DNA of 63,490 bases, filler included, from Saprolegnia diclina VS20 (lineage: Eukaryota): the NCBI RefSeq assembly GCF_000281045.1. It is 5 parts of 3 records of this genome, joined end to end, with 100 filler letters (N's around TTAATTAATTAA, not from the genome) between each part and the next. Parts side by side here need not be neighbours in the genome. Positions count along the whole stretch, not along the records: positions 1 to 21,195 come from NW_008246095.1; positions 21,296 to 26,565 come from NW_008246095.1; 3 more parts are not named here. One strand, given 5' to 3'. A model generated the notes under the pieces. That model was not told the origin of the DNA and made no database searches. It saw only the letters and a list, made by a program, of their open reading frames with translations. Of the stretch, positions 12,421 through 23,086 are shown in pieces (position 1 is the first letter of the stretch; each line of letters starts with the position of its first letter). Made by a program: the position numbers and the translations under genes.

Positions 12421-13608
12421 ATGCATACCCCGCAGCTTCACGTCTTCGACCTCTGCGTCCAGCTGCTCCGGGGCAAAGCGCTCGAGCTGAGCGGCAAGGC
12501 GCCGGACGCCGCCGGTGAGCGCTGGCACCTCGTCAAGCAGTGGATGCACTTGCAGTATGCGCTCGACGCTTGGCGCTTCCGCGAACAACCACCGGCGTTG
12601 CCTGAGCGGGTCGCATTCCGCGCGCCGTCAGTCCGCGAAGAGTATGAGCAGCTCCAAGTGCTGGGCACTGGTGCGTTTGGGTCGGTCGTGCTCAGTCGCG
12701 CCGTCTCAACTGACGTCCTCTACGCGATCAAGAGCATCGACAAGAGAAAGATCTGCGGCGACGAGGCGGTGCGGCTCCTCGTCGAGCGCCAAATTCTCTC
12801 GACCGCGTCGCACCCGTTTGTCATCCGTATGGACGGCGCGTTCGAGACGCCAACGCACTACCACTTTGTGCTTGAGTACTGCCCTGGCGGCGACATGTAC
12901 TCGCTTCTCGAGGCGACGCCGCAGATGCCGGAGGCACGCGTCATCTTTTACACGTCCTCGATCGTGAGCGCGCTCGTGTACCTGCACCACGCCCACGTGG
13001 CGTACCGCGATCTGAAGCCGGAAAACATCCTCCTCGACGCGAAAGGCTACGTTCGGCTCGCCGACTTTGGCCTCGCCAAGCAGGCATTGTCGCCCACGGA
13101 CACGACGTACTCATTTTGCGGCAGCGTCGACTACATGGCACCCGAGGTGATCTTGGGCGTCGGGTACGGCCTCCCCGCCGACGTCTGGAGCCTCGGCTGC
13201 GTCGTCTTCGAGATGCTCACGGGTCTTCCGCCCTTTTACACGACGCGCGGCCGGCGCGTGCTCTTTGATAAGATCGTGAAAGGCCAAGTGCTCTACCCGA
13301 CCTACTTGTCGCCTGACGCGGTCCGGTTCCTCCAGCGCTGTCTCGACTTGGACCCAAAGGAGCGCTGGACGGCCGAGCAGCTCCTCGAGCACCCGTTCTT
13401 GGCCAGCGTCGACTGGTACCAGCTCGGGATCCAGCAAGTGCCCGTCCCGTTCGTGCCACACCTTGCCGACAAGACGGATACGCACTACTTTGCCAATCAG
13501 TTCACGTCGCAAGCTGTCGCGGGCAACTTGGTCGACACGTGCGACGACTTTAGCGACTTCGACTGGCACCGGACGCCGCTCGAGGACGTATTGCCCGTCG
13601 TTAGTTAG
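12421..13608 (+). CDS. AGC-family Ser/Thr protein kinase (RAC/S6K/SGK-like)
   Basis: GTGAFG, YAIK, YRDLKPEN, DFGLAK, SFCGSVDYMAPE and DVWSLG. AGC tail reads PFVP...DTHYFANQFT...FSDFDW. Confidence 0.93.
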   Translation: MHTPQLHVFDLCVQLLRGKALELSGKAPDAAGERWHLVKQWMHLQYALDAWRFREQPPALPERVAFRAPSVREEYEQLQVLGTGAFGSVVLSRAVSTDVLYAIKSIDKRKICGDEAVRLLVERQILSTASHPFVIRMDGAFETPTHYHFVLEYCPGGDMYSLLEATPQMPEARVIFYTSSIVSALVYLHHAHVAYRDLKPENILLDAKGYVRLADFGLAKQALSPTDTTYSFCGSVDYMAPEVILGVGYGLPADVWSLGCVVFEMLTGLPPFYTTRGRRVLFDKIVKGQVLYPTYLSPDAVRFLQRCLDLDPKERWTAEQLLEHPFLASVDWYQLGIQQVPVPFVPHLADKTDTHYFANQFTSQAVAGNLVDTCDDFSDFDWHRTPLEDVLPVVS

Positions 13609-13866
13609 TCGGTCCCATCCCCAACTTCGTAAAAGGCATGGGTCTTTATTATTGACCCATGGTAAAAGGACAGATTCATCTTGCGTTTTGTATTCTGGCG
13701 TCGGTGGTGGTGTCATTTTGGCCAATGGCCTCTCGGAAGTGCGTGGGATTGGTCGGGTGCCGAATATGTGACCTCTTTTTGGCCAATGAAACGTGTAGAT
13801 TCAAAATAGCAATCTTGCACCATGAAACGGAAAGCACCGTTTTTGGCCCAAGCAGCGGGGTCGAGC

Positions 13867-15257
13867 ATGGACACGCTGGTCGACCTCGTCGAGAGGATAT
13901 GGGCAGCGGTCCTCGCCGTCTGCTGCTACCTCCCGCCGGAAGAGGTCCCGATGCTCGACGCGACGCCCCAGCCCCTCGCCCGTGCGCTGGCGCCTCCCAC
14001 GCGCGCCTCATGGCTCGTCGTCCTTTAGGGCGACTGGACTGTCCGCGCCTCGTCATGATGGTCGACGACCACCCGCTTCGCGTCAACACGGGCGATGGCG
14101 TCACGGGCGTGGACCACGTCCGGCACGTGCTCGAGAGCCTACACGCAGGCGTCGGTGCCGACGAAGTCGCCGTGACCCGCGACGGCGGCCAGTGGCTTGC
14201 GACCGTGCGAGCGACGCTCGATGCGTGTACGTCGACAGGTTTCTCGCATTGCATGCTCAAAGAGACGCGCGCACCTAGTCGTGTCCCAGGGTGACGATGG
14301 CTCCGGTCACCGCGCCGTCTGCGAGCGCGTGTACACGTCGCTTCGACGCCGCCTCAAGGCCCGCGACATTGCGCTCCGCGGTCTCTGGCGCGTTTGGCTC
14401 GAGAAGGAGTTCCGATGCCTCTTTGCGGGCCTTCGCCTCAAGCACGCAAGCGCCAAAAAGTGCTTGGTGCTCGACCTCGACCGGACTCTGTGGTTCCGCT
14501 CGTTCGAGGTATAGCTGCATCGATGTTGCATCGCGATGGCTCATGCGACCTGGCAGCCGATCCCGAACGCCGACTTTGTCGCTGTTTTGCGCATGACGTA
14601 TTCCAAGCTGCAAACCACCATCTACGTCTCGCTCCGGCCGGGCGTCCACTACTTGCTCCAGACGCTCGCTATTTACTACGACCTCGTCGTCTTTACCGCG
14701 AGCGACAAGAAGGTACATGGTCGTGCAGGATGAGTACAGCCCACGGTTTTGGCTGCTAGTTTACGGACCTTCTCATTGATGAAATGGACACAAAAGCTAA
14801 CATTCAATACCGCCTGTACCGAGACGCGTGCTCGCTGCACGAAGAGGTGGGTACTTTGATTTCATATCTGCAAGCTCCGACTCGTCGTATGTACTAGCGC
14901 GGTCACTTGATCAAAGACCTCACGCAGCTTGGCCGGGACCTCAAGGACGTTGTTCTCATCGACGACACGGCCGAAGTCGCCGCCAAGCACCCGGCCAACG
15001 CCCTCATTTGCTCCGAGTAGACAGCTCACCAACGTAATGCGCCCGAATAATGCATCGACGACGTAGGTATCGCGGGAGCAAAACCGACATTGAGCTCTAC
15101 AAGATCACGATGGCGCTCGAGCGACTCGCATACGTCGAGGTACGTCCATGGCGCGCCGTCCTGGGTAATACGAGCAGCTGTGTAGGATGTTCGCAATCAC
15201 TTGAAGCATTTACCGTCCATTCTGCGGACCATGGATGTGGCCAACCCCGTGGCCTAA
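13867..15257 (+). CDS. NIF/FCP1-SCP family HAD phosphatase (multi-exon)
   Basis: Exons joined by eye give KKCLVLDLDRTL, YVSLRPGVHYLL...LVVFTAS, RLYRDAC, IKDLTQLGRDLKDVVLIDD and DVRNHL, with TAA at 15255-15257. Confidence 0.8.
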
Positions 15258-15384
15258 AGCGCGTCACGACAATGATTGCTGCATGTAGCAGAGGCATGTT
15301 TATGTATCTCGTACTGCGTTTGATCAAGACATATTACATTTGAAAACCTTTATTTTGATATTCCAATGCATCTTGCGCCGTATT

Positions 15385-16978
15385 CTACTGCTGGTGGCGA
15401 AGCAGCCGCAACTCGTCTTGGTTGAGCTGCATCTCCCGCAACGAGCGCAAGAGCGGGACGCGCTCGCCTGATGGCGACGTCCGTGCCTTGGCCACGTCAT
15501 TCCACATGACACCGATCGCAACGAGCGCGCAAAGAACGTTGCCGATCGCCATGATGAAGAAGGGGGCTGTCGACGTCCAGTGGTCAAAGAGGTACCCGCC
15601 CAGCTTGGACGTGATGAGAATTCCGACCGTGCCGCAGAACGAGTAGGCGCCGCTGACGCTGCCACGTAGTTGCGCGGGGATCGCCTTGGACGTCACGAGC
15701 GAGAGCGACGAGACGATGATGCCCATTTCGCCGACGCCAACGACGATCGCGACGGCAAACATGATGGGCGAGGTCGGGTCTTTGGAGGCGTACATCCAAA
15801 AGTACCCGACAAAGCCGATGATCGTCGAGAGGAGCACGATGAACGGACGGTAGACGCGGTCGCCAAGGTAGCCAAAGAGGGGCGCAGCGATGAGCGCGGC
15901 GGTTTGCACGACGCCGCCAACGATCGACGCGGTGATATACGCCTTGCGGCAGTCGTCCTTGATGTCGGGCGCGTTGACATCGGTCGCGTCACACAACTTG
16001 TGTTCAATGTAATACTTGTAGACCCAGAGCGGCAGAAATATCGTAATGATGATCGTGTCGCCGCGCGCGAGGAAGCTGCCCATGTAGCCCAAGAGGACCT
16101 TGCCGTCGGACGCCGCCGCGACGCCCGCCTTGAAGCCTTCCAGAAACGTCGGCGGCAAGGCGTCGCTTTTGGCATGCTGCTCAAGCCCGATCGTCTCGTG
16201 GTCGTTCGGAAGCAACGCCGTGTCCTTGGTAGAGGCTTTAGGCCGGAGCGCGTAGAGGAGGAAGAAGCCAAACACAATCGAGACGCCACCGACAATCGCA
16301 TACGACATGCGGAGGCCGTCGACGACGGACGCAAACTTGGCGGGCAGCGGAAGAAACACAAAGACCGCGAGGAGCGCGCCAACGCCCGACATGAGCCCGA
16401 CGAGGCCACTGATCTTGCTCCGGTCCTAGGAAAGCGATCTCGTTGGCATACCATGTGTATACGACGACGAATAGTACGCTTTCGGCCGCGTAGTCGGCGA
16501 GAACAGCCGTGAGCATCGACGACGTGGCAGCCGCACCGAACGCGTATAGCGCGCGGTACACAATCAGATCTGAGTTGTAGCTGGTCGCATACGGGTAGGC
16601 GAGAAGACCGGCGCCGATAAGGACAAAGCCGAGGCCGTAAATGCCGTGGCGGCCAATGCGGTCGCTGTAGACGCCCCAGACGTACACCATGACGAGCGAG
16701 ATGCACTCATCAAAGAGCGTGAGGTTGCCCGAGATGTCGCCAATCTTGGTCACGGGCACTTGCAAAATGTCGCCCAGCACAAAGCCCTGGTGGCCACGTT
16801 ATCATGCGGATGCAACGTGTGGAGTCTGTACCTGCGTGGAGCTGAGGAAGACGTACATGCAGATCGCGAGGCCTGACGCGAGGACGAACGCGACAAAGTT
16901 GAGGCCCGTGACATTCTCCTTGAGCGCAATGAGCTTGAGGAACTTCCACGTCCGCGTCTCGGCCGTTGCGTACAACAT
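15385..16978 (-). CDS. MFS transporter paralogue A (two introns: 16787-16831 and 16426-16477)
   Basis: MFS motif A (GVYSDRIGR), many hydrophobic helices, collinear with the neighbouring paralogue. Removing the two GT-AG introns restores the frame. Confidence 0.9.
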
Positions 16979-17360
16979 GGGCAAATCGCAAGTGGGCGGC
17001 GAGCTGCAACCTGGCTGCCATCGCATCTGATTGGCGTGTGACACGTTCCGCGGCCTTTGATTGGCTACCCACTTTGCCCACCAAGATCCGGATCGATGGC
17101 GTCCGCTGGACAGATACTTTTTAGCGATCGCGTTGTTCCTGGTCGGTTCCTCTCAGCTTGAGCTGCTTCTGAGCCTAATAGCTAATTCCTTTTGGGCCTT
17201 TTCGATACCGAAGAGTACCGGTAGTTCCCGATTACTCCAATATACGACTATAGAACAAGAATCAACGCACCACTTGAAGGGCACGGCAAAAGCCGAGGGA
17301 GCAATGTACTCCAATGTAAAAGGTTCAAACAACAATATCACATCAATTATAGACTAGCGT

Positions 17361-18848
17361 CTAATGGAGGCGGAGCTCGGGCTCATCAAACTGCACTTGG
17401 CGCAGCGTGCGCGTCGTGCCATCGTCGGCGCTGACTTCCTTGGTCTTCTTGATGTCCTTGATCGAGACGTAGATGGCAATGACAGCCGCGAGTACGTTCA
17501 CAATAGCCATGATGAAGAAGGGCGCCGTCGACGTCCAGACGTCAAAGAGGTAGCCGCCGAGCTTGGACGTGATGAGGATACCGATGGTGCCGCAGAGCGA
17601 GTAGGCGCCGCTGACACTGCCACGGAGCTCGGTCGGGATCGAGCGCGACGTGACGAGCGAGAGCGACGAGACGATCATGCCCATTTCGCCGACACCGACG
17701 ACCGCGGCAATGTAGAGCATGTTGCTGGCAGTCGGGTCAGGCGACACAAACATCCAAAAGTACCCGACAAAGCCAATGAGCGCCGAGAGGAGCACGATGA
17801 ACGGACGGTAGACCTTGTCGAGGAGGAAGCCAAAGACGGGCGCGCTCGCGAGCGCCGCGACCTGCACGACGCCGCTGACCATCGCACCCGTGATGAAGGC
17901 GCTGCGGCACTCGCGGCGAAAGGTGGGCGAGTTGGCGTCCTTGGCCGCGCACAGGTTGTTTTCAATGTAGTACTTGTAGATCCAGAGCGGGAGGTACGCC
18001 GTGATGATGATCGTGTCGCCGCGCGCGAGGAAGCTGCCAATGTAGGCGAGGAGCACCTTCGGGTCCTTCGCAGCCGCAAAGCCGGCCTTGGCACACGTGC
18101 GGAAGCTGGGCTTCTCGACGACAAGGTCGCCGTTGGCGGTCTTCTTGGCGTCTTCAATGTTGGCCGGCGACAAAAGCGCCTCGCTGTTGGCCAGCACGAC
18201 CTTCTTAGGCCAGAGCATACCGATAACGAGGACGCCAAACCCGATCGAGATGCCGCCGACGAGACCGAACGCGTACTTGATGCCTTCGACCGAGCCGCGG
18301 AACTTGGCGGGGATCGGCATAAAGACAAAGACAGCAAAGATCGCACCAAGACCCGACATGAGACCGACGAGACCGCTGAGCTTACCACGACCGCCCTCCG
18401 CCGAGTAGTCGGCGAGCACGGCCGTGAGCATGCACGAGGTGGCGGCCGTCCCGAGCGCAAACACAAAGCGGTAGAAGACGAGGTCCGTGCTGACGCCAGT
18501 CGCGTACGGGTACAAAATGAGCGCGAGACCCATAAAGCCAAAGCCCGCGCCGTAAATGAAGTTGCGGCCGACGCGGTCGCTCAAGACGCCCCAGACATAC
18601 ACCATGACGAGCGAGATGCACTGGTCAAAGAACGTGAGGTTGCCCGTGATGTTGCCGAGGTCCTTGGACGAGACGTTGAGGATGCTGCCGAGCACGAAGC
18701 CTTGGGACGCGTTGAGGAAGACATACATGCAAATGGCAAAGCCGGACGCGAGCACAAAGCCGATGAAGTTGATGTACGTCACGTTCTCCTTGACCGAAAT
18801 GAGCTTGAGGAACTTCCACGAGTTGGTTTCTGCATTCGAGTACAGCAT
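17361..18848 (-). CDS. MFS transporter paralogue B (intronless, 495 aa)
   Basis: GVLSDRVGR motif, about 12 hydrophobic segments, and SFLARGDT shared with paralogue A. Confidence 0.93.
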   Translation of the reverse strand: MLYSNAETNSWKFLKLISVKENVTYINFIGFVLASGFAICMYVFLNASQGFVLGSILNVSSKDLGNITGNLTFFDQCISLVMVYVWGVLSDRVGRNFIYGAGFGFMGLALILYPYATGVSTDLVFYRFVFALGTAATSCMLTAVLADYSAEGGRGKLSGLVGLMSGLGAIFAVFVFMPIPAKFRGSVEGIKYAFGLVGGISIGFGVLVIGMLWPKKVVLANSEALLSPANIEDAKKTANGDLVVEKPSFRTCAKAGFAAAKDPKVLLAYIGSFLARGDTIIITAYLPLWIYKYYIENNLCAAKDANSPTFRRECRSAFITGAMVSGVVQVAALASAPVFGFLLDKVYRPFIVLLSALIGFVGYFWMFVSPDPTASNMLYIAAVVGVGEMGMIVSSLSLVTSRSIPTELRGSVSGAYSLCGTIGILITSKLGGYLFDVWTSTAPFFIMAIVNVLAAVIAIYVSIKDIKKTKEVSADDGTTRTLRQVQFDEPELRLH

Positions 18849-19151
18849 CGTGCCGAGGACGTTGTGTGCCGGAAAAGGCGAATTGAAGAATGAGTGAAGT
18901 GTCGGGCTTGTTTTAGGAGCTCTAGACTACAACCAGTTAATTTGTTGAAGGTCGGATGGGCCGCGTGCGGCGTGTGGCTGCGCTTTATGCAGCTAGCATA
19001 TCTCCTGAGATAAAGCGCGGAAGATCGCTAGAGCAGCAACGGTCAACTTCAGGATCTGTGTGGGTCAATGGGCATGACAAGTCGTCCACGTGTAGACCGG
19101 AGGACTCGGGCCAATGAGCGGGTAGAACGTTTCGTATTGGGCAGCGTTCGA

Positions 19152-19195
19152 CCAATGACAATGCGCCGTAAACGCTTTGATGATCGATCACGTCA
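19152..19195 (-). promoter_or_regulatory. Conserved upstream module (TGACGT plus ATTGG/CCAAT box) of MFS paralogue B
   Basis: The reverse complement matches 20118-20161 at 40 of 44 positions. About 300 bp upstream of the ATG. Confidence 0.6.
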
Positions 19196-20117
19196 GGAAG
19201 CTGAAAAGATCACATGGAGGTCATGGGTTCAGTCCTGCGTGCGACCTTGGAATGCTTGCTAGGTTAGAGACACTAGCGTTTGTGCGGCGATGACTGCACA
19301 TGTTCTGCGACAGGGTGGCTACCGTACGAACAGCTCGCGCTCGAGATTTCTGTATGTAAACCTCTAATGTGCCTTTTACAGCACGCGCGCAAGCCAACCG
19401 CGGGCCTTGAACGCACGCTCGTGTGTTCATACATAGTGTAGTACTACGTAGCATATTTTGTTTTATTGCACCGACCAATCGTGTCCAGAAGCTTCAACAT
19501 TCCGTCAGTGTATATCTTGAACTTTGCCACCCGCCCCGAAATGAGCCGCTGCATATTCCAGCGCGGTGGCCACCCAGACAGGCGAATGCAGGACTTCAGT
19601 GGATTATTTGGGACACAAAAATCATCAGCACGAATTTGATAGCCCCCCTGTACGTATAATGTTTTCACTACTAGAAGAGCTACTAGAAGTATAAATTTAG
19701 AGCCCAGTGTCGACACAATAACTCCACGCGACGAAACCATTGGTTGCAATGTTCGTATGTATACGTGGCTGCAGTGCATCGCATCGTCGTGCAACTCTCC
19801 GCCAACTGAACTCTGACATCCCATCACCAGATGGTCTAGGGGACATGTACTGTCCGCAATACAATTGACAAGTACTGCATGCCCGGTACATGTACCACTC
19901 GCTCGACCATGGCGACATTGTTCAATCATGCACACCACTTTCCGAATAAACGTACCCGACTTATCATAGCTACCTTTATCCACGTACAAATGTCGTACGC
20001 GAGACTCGATTGCAAAGCCCCATCCTCGACGCAAGGGTAGCACAAACGCTGGTCGCGGACTAGGCCATCACGTCTGTCGGCATAATCATCCGGGCCTTCT
20101 TGCTCTCATCGTGTCCG

Positions 20118-20161
20118 TGACGTGATCGATCATCAAATCGATTACGACCCATTGTCATTGG
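20118..20161 (+). promoter_or_regulatory. Conserved upstream module of MFS paralogue C
   Basis: TGACGTGATCGATCATCAAATCGATTACGACCCATTGTCATTGG, the inverted homologue of 19152-19195. About 320 bp upstream of the ATG. Confidence 0.6.
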
Positions 20162-20437
20162 CCACAGGAGGCTCCAATCACGCGCCGAACGGCTTTGGAT
20201 TGGATCGAGCCCGCACGCGCATACCACCACTGCAGCTCCGCTCGTTGAGATTTCTCGCCGCTTCGTCCCACGCCGATGGCTTCAACTTGGTCACTGACGC
20301 TGACGCATCGCTTCTCCACCACCTGTATATTAAACCAACTAGAGGACATGTTGACCAAGCCCTAGCACCTTCACCAGACCCGTGAAAACGTTGTTGGTCC
20401 AATGCCTCGCAACGACAATTTCGAGCCCGACACTTCA

Positions 20438-20453
20438 CTCATTCTTCAATTCG
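20438..20453 (+). promoter_or_regulatory. Oomycete Inr/FPR core promoter motif
   Basis: CTCATTCTTCAATTCG resembles the oomycete consensus GCTCATTYYNCAWTT. About 30 bp before the ATG at 20484. Confidence 0.6.
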
Positions 20454-20483
20454 CCTTTTCCGGCACACAACGTCCTCGGCACG

Positions 20484-21195
20484 ATGCTGTACTCGAATGC
20501 AGAAACCAACTCGTGGAAGTTCCTCAAGCTCATTTCGGTCAAGGAGAACGTGACGTACATCAACTTCATCGGCTTTGTGCTCGCGTCCGGCTTTGCCATT
20601 TGCATGTATGTCTTCCTCAACGCGTCCCAAGGCTTCGTGCTCGGCAGCATCCTCAACGTCTCGTCCAAGGACCTCGGCAACATCACGGGCAACCTCACGT
20701 TCTTTGACCAGTGCATCTCGCTCGTCATGGTGTATGTCTGGGGCGTCTTGAGCGACCGCGTCGGCCGCAACTTCATTTACGGCGCGGGCTTTGGCTTTAT
20801 GGGTCTCGCGCTCATTTTGTACCCGTACGCGACTGGCGTCAGCACGGACCTCGTCTTCTACCGCTTTGTGTTTGCGCTCGGGACGGCCGCCACCTCGTGC
20901 ATGCTCACGGCCGTGCTCGCCGACTACTCGGCGGAGGGCGGTCGCGGCAAGCTCAGCGGTCTCGTCGGTCTCATGTCGGGTCTTGGTGCGATCTTTGCTG
21001 TCTTTGTCTTTATGCCGATCCCCGCCAAGTTCCGCGGCTCGGTCGAAGGCATCAAGTACGCGTTCGGTCTCGTCGGCGGCATCTCGATCGGGTTTGGCGT
21101 CCTCGTTATCGGTATGCTCTGGCCTAAGAAGGTCGTGCTGGCCAACAGCGAGGCGCTTTTGTCGCCGGCCAACATTGAAGACGCCAAGAAGACCG
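20484..21195 (+). CDS. MFS transporter paralogue C, near-identical inverted copy of paralogue B, cut by contig end
   Basis: Same protein as B as far as the gap (...IEDAKKT). Two synonymous differences seen (GGT CGC GGC AAG versus GGT CGT GGT AAG). Confidence 0.9.
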
Positions 21196-21295
21196 NNNNN
21201 NNNNNNNNNNNNNNNNNNNNNNNNNNNNNNNNNNNNNNNTTAATTAATTAANNNNNNNNNNNNNNNNNNNNNNNNNNNNNNNNNNNNNNNNNNNN
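21196..21295. other. Artificial scaffold linker (44 N + TTAATTAATTAA + 44 N)
   Basis: The 12-mer gives stops in all six frames. The same construct recurs at 26566-26665, 42096-42195 and 61908-62007. Confidence 0.97.
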
Positions 21296-21296
21296 C

Positions 21297-21605
21297 GCCG
21301 TTTGCACGACGGTCGGCCCCCTGCAGGAAGTTGGCCCAAACAAGACGGTCAAGCGCGACATCACGTTGCTCGATGACACCGGCACGATTAGCCTCACACT
21401 TTGGGTCGCATACGCCGAAACCGCGAAACCCGAGTGGCAAGGTCAGACCATTCTGGTTCACCAATGCGTCGTCACCGAATATCTCTACGTGAAGTACTTG
21501 GCCACTACGTATCGAACCACACTCGATATCGACCCCCCAACACCCGAAGCTACTCGCCTCCGCCAATCGTTGCACGAACAAGGTCGTCTGCCTAGCACCA
21601 ACTAA
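21297..21605 (+). CDS. RPA1-like OB-fold ssDNA-binding protein, C-terminal fragment
   Basis: VGPLQEV...VKRDITLLDDTGTISLTLW...A...IDPPTPEATRL matches the pattern of RPA70 DBD-B. The 5' part is lost in the gap. Confidence 0.65.
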   Translation, partial: AVCTTVGPLQEVGPNKTVKRDITLLDDTGTISLTLWVAYAETAKPEWQGQTILVHQCVVTEYLYVKYLATTYRTTLDIDPPTPEATRLRQSLHEQGRLPSTN

Positions 21606-21793
21606 AATACATAATCCATATGATTTCATCGTTCCTACCAGCCCACTCCTCCGGACCCTAGTAGCTGTATCGAGCATCGGCATTGGCTGACAAGCATCCG
21701 GATTATTGGTAGAAAATCGGCTAAAATTATGGGGCCAATTTCCATACAAAAATCAAATGATTTTAGACGGCATCTAGATTTCTAGTTCAACGG

Positions 21794-21928
21794 CGATAGA
21801 AGGTCAACTTTCGAAAGACAAGGTGATAGTGGAGGCAGAATGCAACGATGGTACGTCTTTCGAAAGTAAACCTCCCCTTTTCCCCGCCTCCCCTTGAAGA
21901 AGCACCGTTGGTCGGTCCCCAAAAAGTA
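21794..21928 (+). repeat. Dispersed direct repeat copy 1, with internal 13-bp inverted repeat
   Basis: 21794-21864 matches 26425-26495 with one mismatch, and weaker similarity continues about 60 bp further. ACTTTCGAAAGAC (21807-21819) pairs with GTCTTTCGAAAGT (21855-21867). Confidence 0.85.
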
Positions 21929-22220
21929 AAATCGTCCGCCCGGTTTGCGGTGCATTAAACTGGCGCTAATCAAGAACTGAACGTGAAAAGCACACACCGC
22001 ACAGATGCTTTGCCGTATAAGTATACCATGTGCCATGAAAAATATCGCAATGGTTCAAGTCTCGGAAGACGAAAGGCAAGCATATCCACGTCGACGCAAC
22101 CATGGAAGCTTCAACCTTTCCTGCAGAAAGCCCAAGCGAAACGCACAACGGCCAAGTCTGGTTCTATCTATCGTTCGATAAATCTCAGGGCCATCTTCGA
22201 CCGAATTGGGTTGCGGATAG

Positions 22221-23086
22221 CTAAGCGTCGTCTTGGTCGTCGTCATAAGACTCCAGCAGGGCAGAGGGGTCGAGTGCGCGCTGGTGCATGGCGCAAAAGC
22301 CCATGTCCACGGGAAGCCCCAGTGTCGAGCGCACCAAGAGTCGGGTGCACCCATCGACTTTGCACACTTTGTTGCGCCGGTGGATCGTGCAGAGACCGCC
22401 GCCGCGGTCGGTCTGCCCACACGTTTTCACCGAGCAGAGGCGCACGGTACCGTGTTTCGCGCACTTGCCGCCTCGCTGAACACCATTCGTGCACCCGGCG
22501 ACGGCGCAGAGCTGGACGCCGCCGTGCGTCCGGCAATAGCCGCCACGCTGGGCGCTTTTGTCGCAGTCGTCGTTCTTGCAGCGCGCGCCGCCTCCGTGGG
22601 CCTTGCACAGACCGCGCGACTGGGCCGTGCGCACACAGCCTTCTGTCTTGCAGCGTTTCCCGCCGCCGTGCGCAATGCAGAACTGAGCACCGCCCTGACG
22701 GCCCTTTGGGCAGTAGGCGACGTTGCAACGCCGACTGCCGCCGTGGGCCTTGCAGTGCCCGCGGTACGTGAGGACGACAGCGCAGTCGGGCGTGAGGCAC
22801 TGCCCGTGGATCTCTTTGGGCGGCGACGTCTTGACTGGGCGCTTGGCGCCATAGCTCGGCGGTCGCTTCGGAGGCGTTTGATGTGACGTCGCAAATGCAG
22901 CTGCGACGCCATTGTCTCTACAGCGAAGTGGGAACCATGAGTTGACGAAGAGACGGGGTTTTGGGCCTACGAGAGCGCGGACGCAACCTCTTGAAAGTCG
23001 TCGAGCGCGTCGGGCGACATGGCCCAGTCCATGCTCACAGCGTCGTCGTCCTCGTCGTCACCGAGACTGTGATCTGACCCGGCCAT
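22221..23086 (-). CDS. WRKY19-like Cys/His (C-x4-C...C-x2-HGGG) zinc-finger repeat protein, probably one intron
   Basis: Repeats CKAHGGSRRC, CIAHGGGKRC, CKAHGGGARC and CRTHGG. The acidic first exon MAGSDH... is joined through an inferred intron at about 22918-22970. Confidence 0.8.

Noticed and set aside
21240..21251. TTAATTAATTAA recurring four times, and ORFs ending in ...XXXLIN
   Set aside because: Always centred between 44-N runs. It is an artificial six-frame stop linker, not biology.
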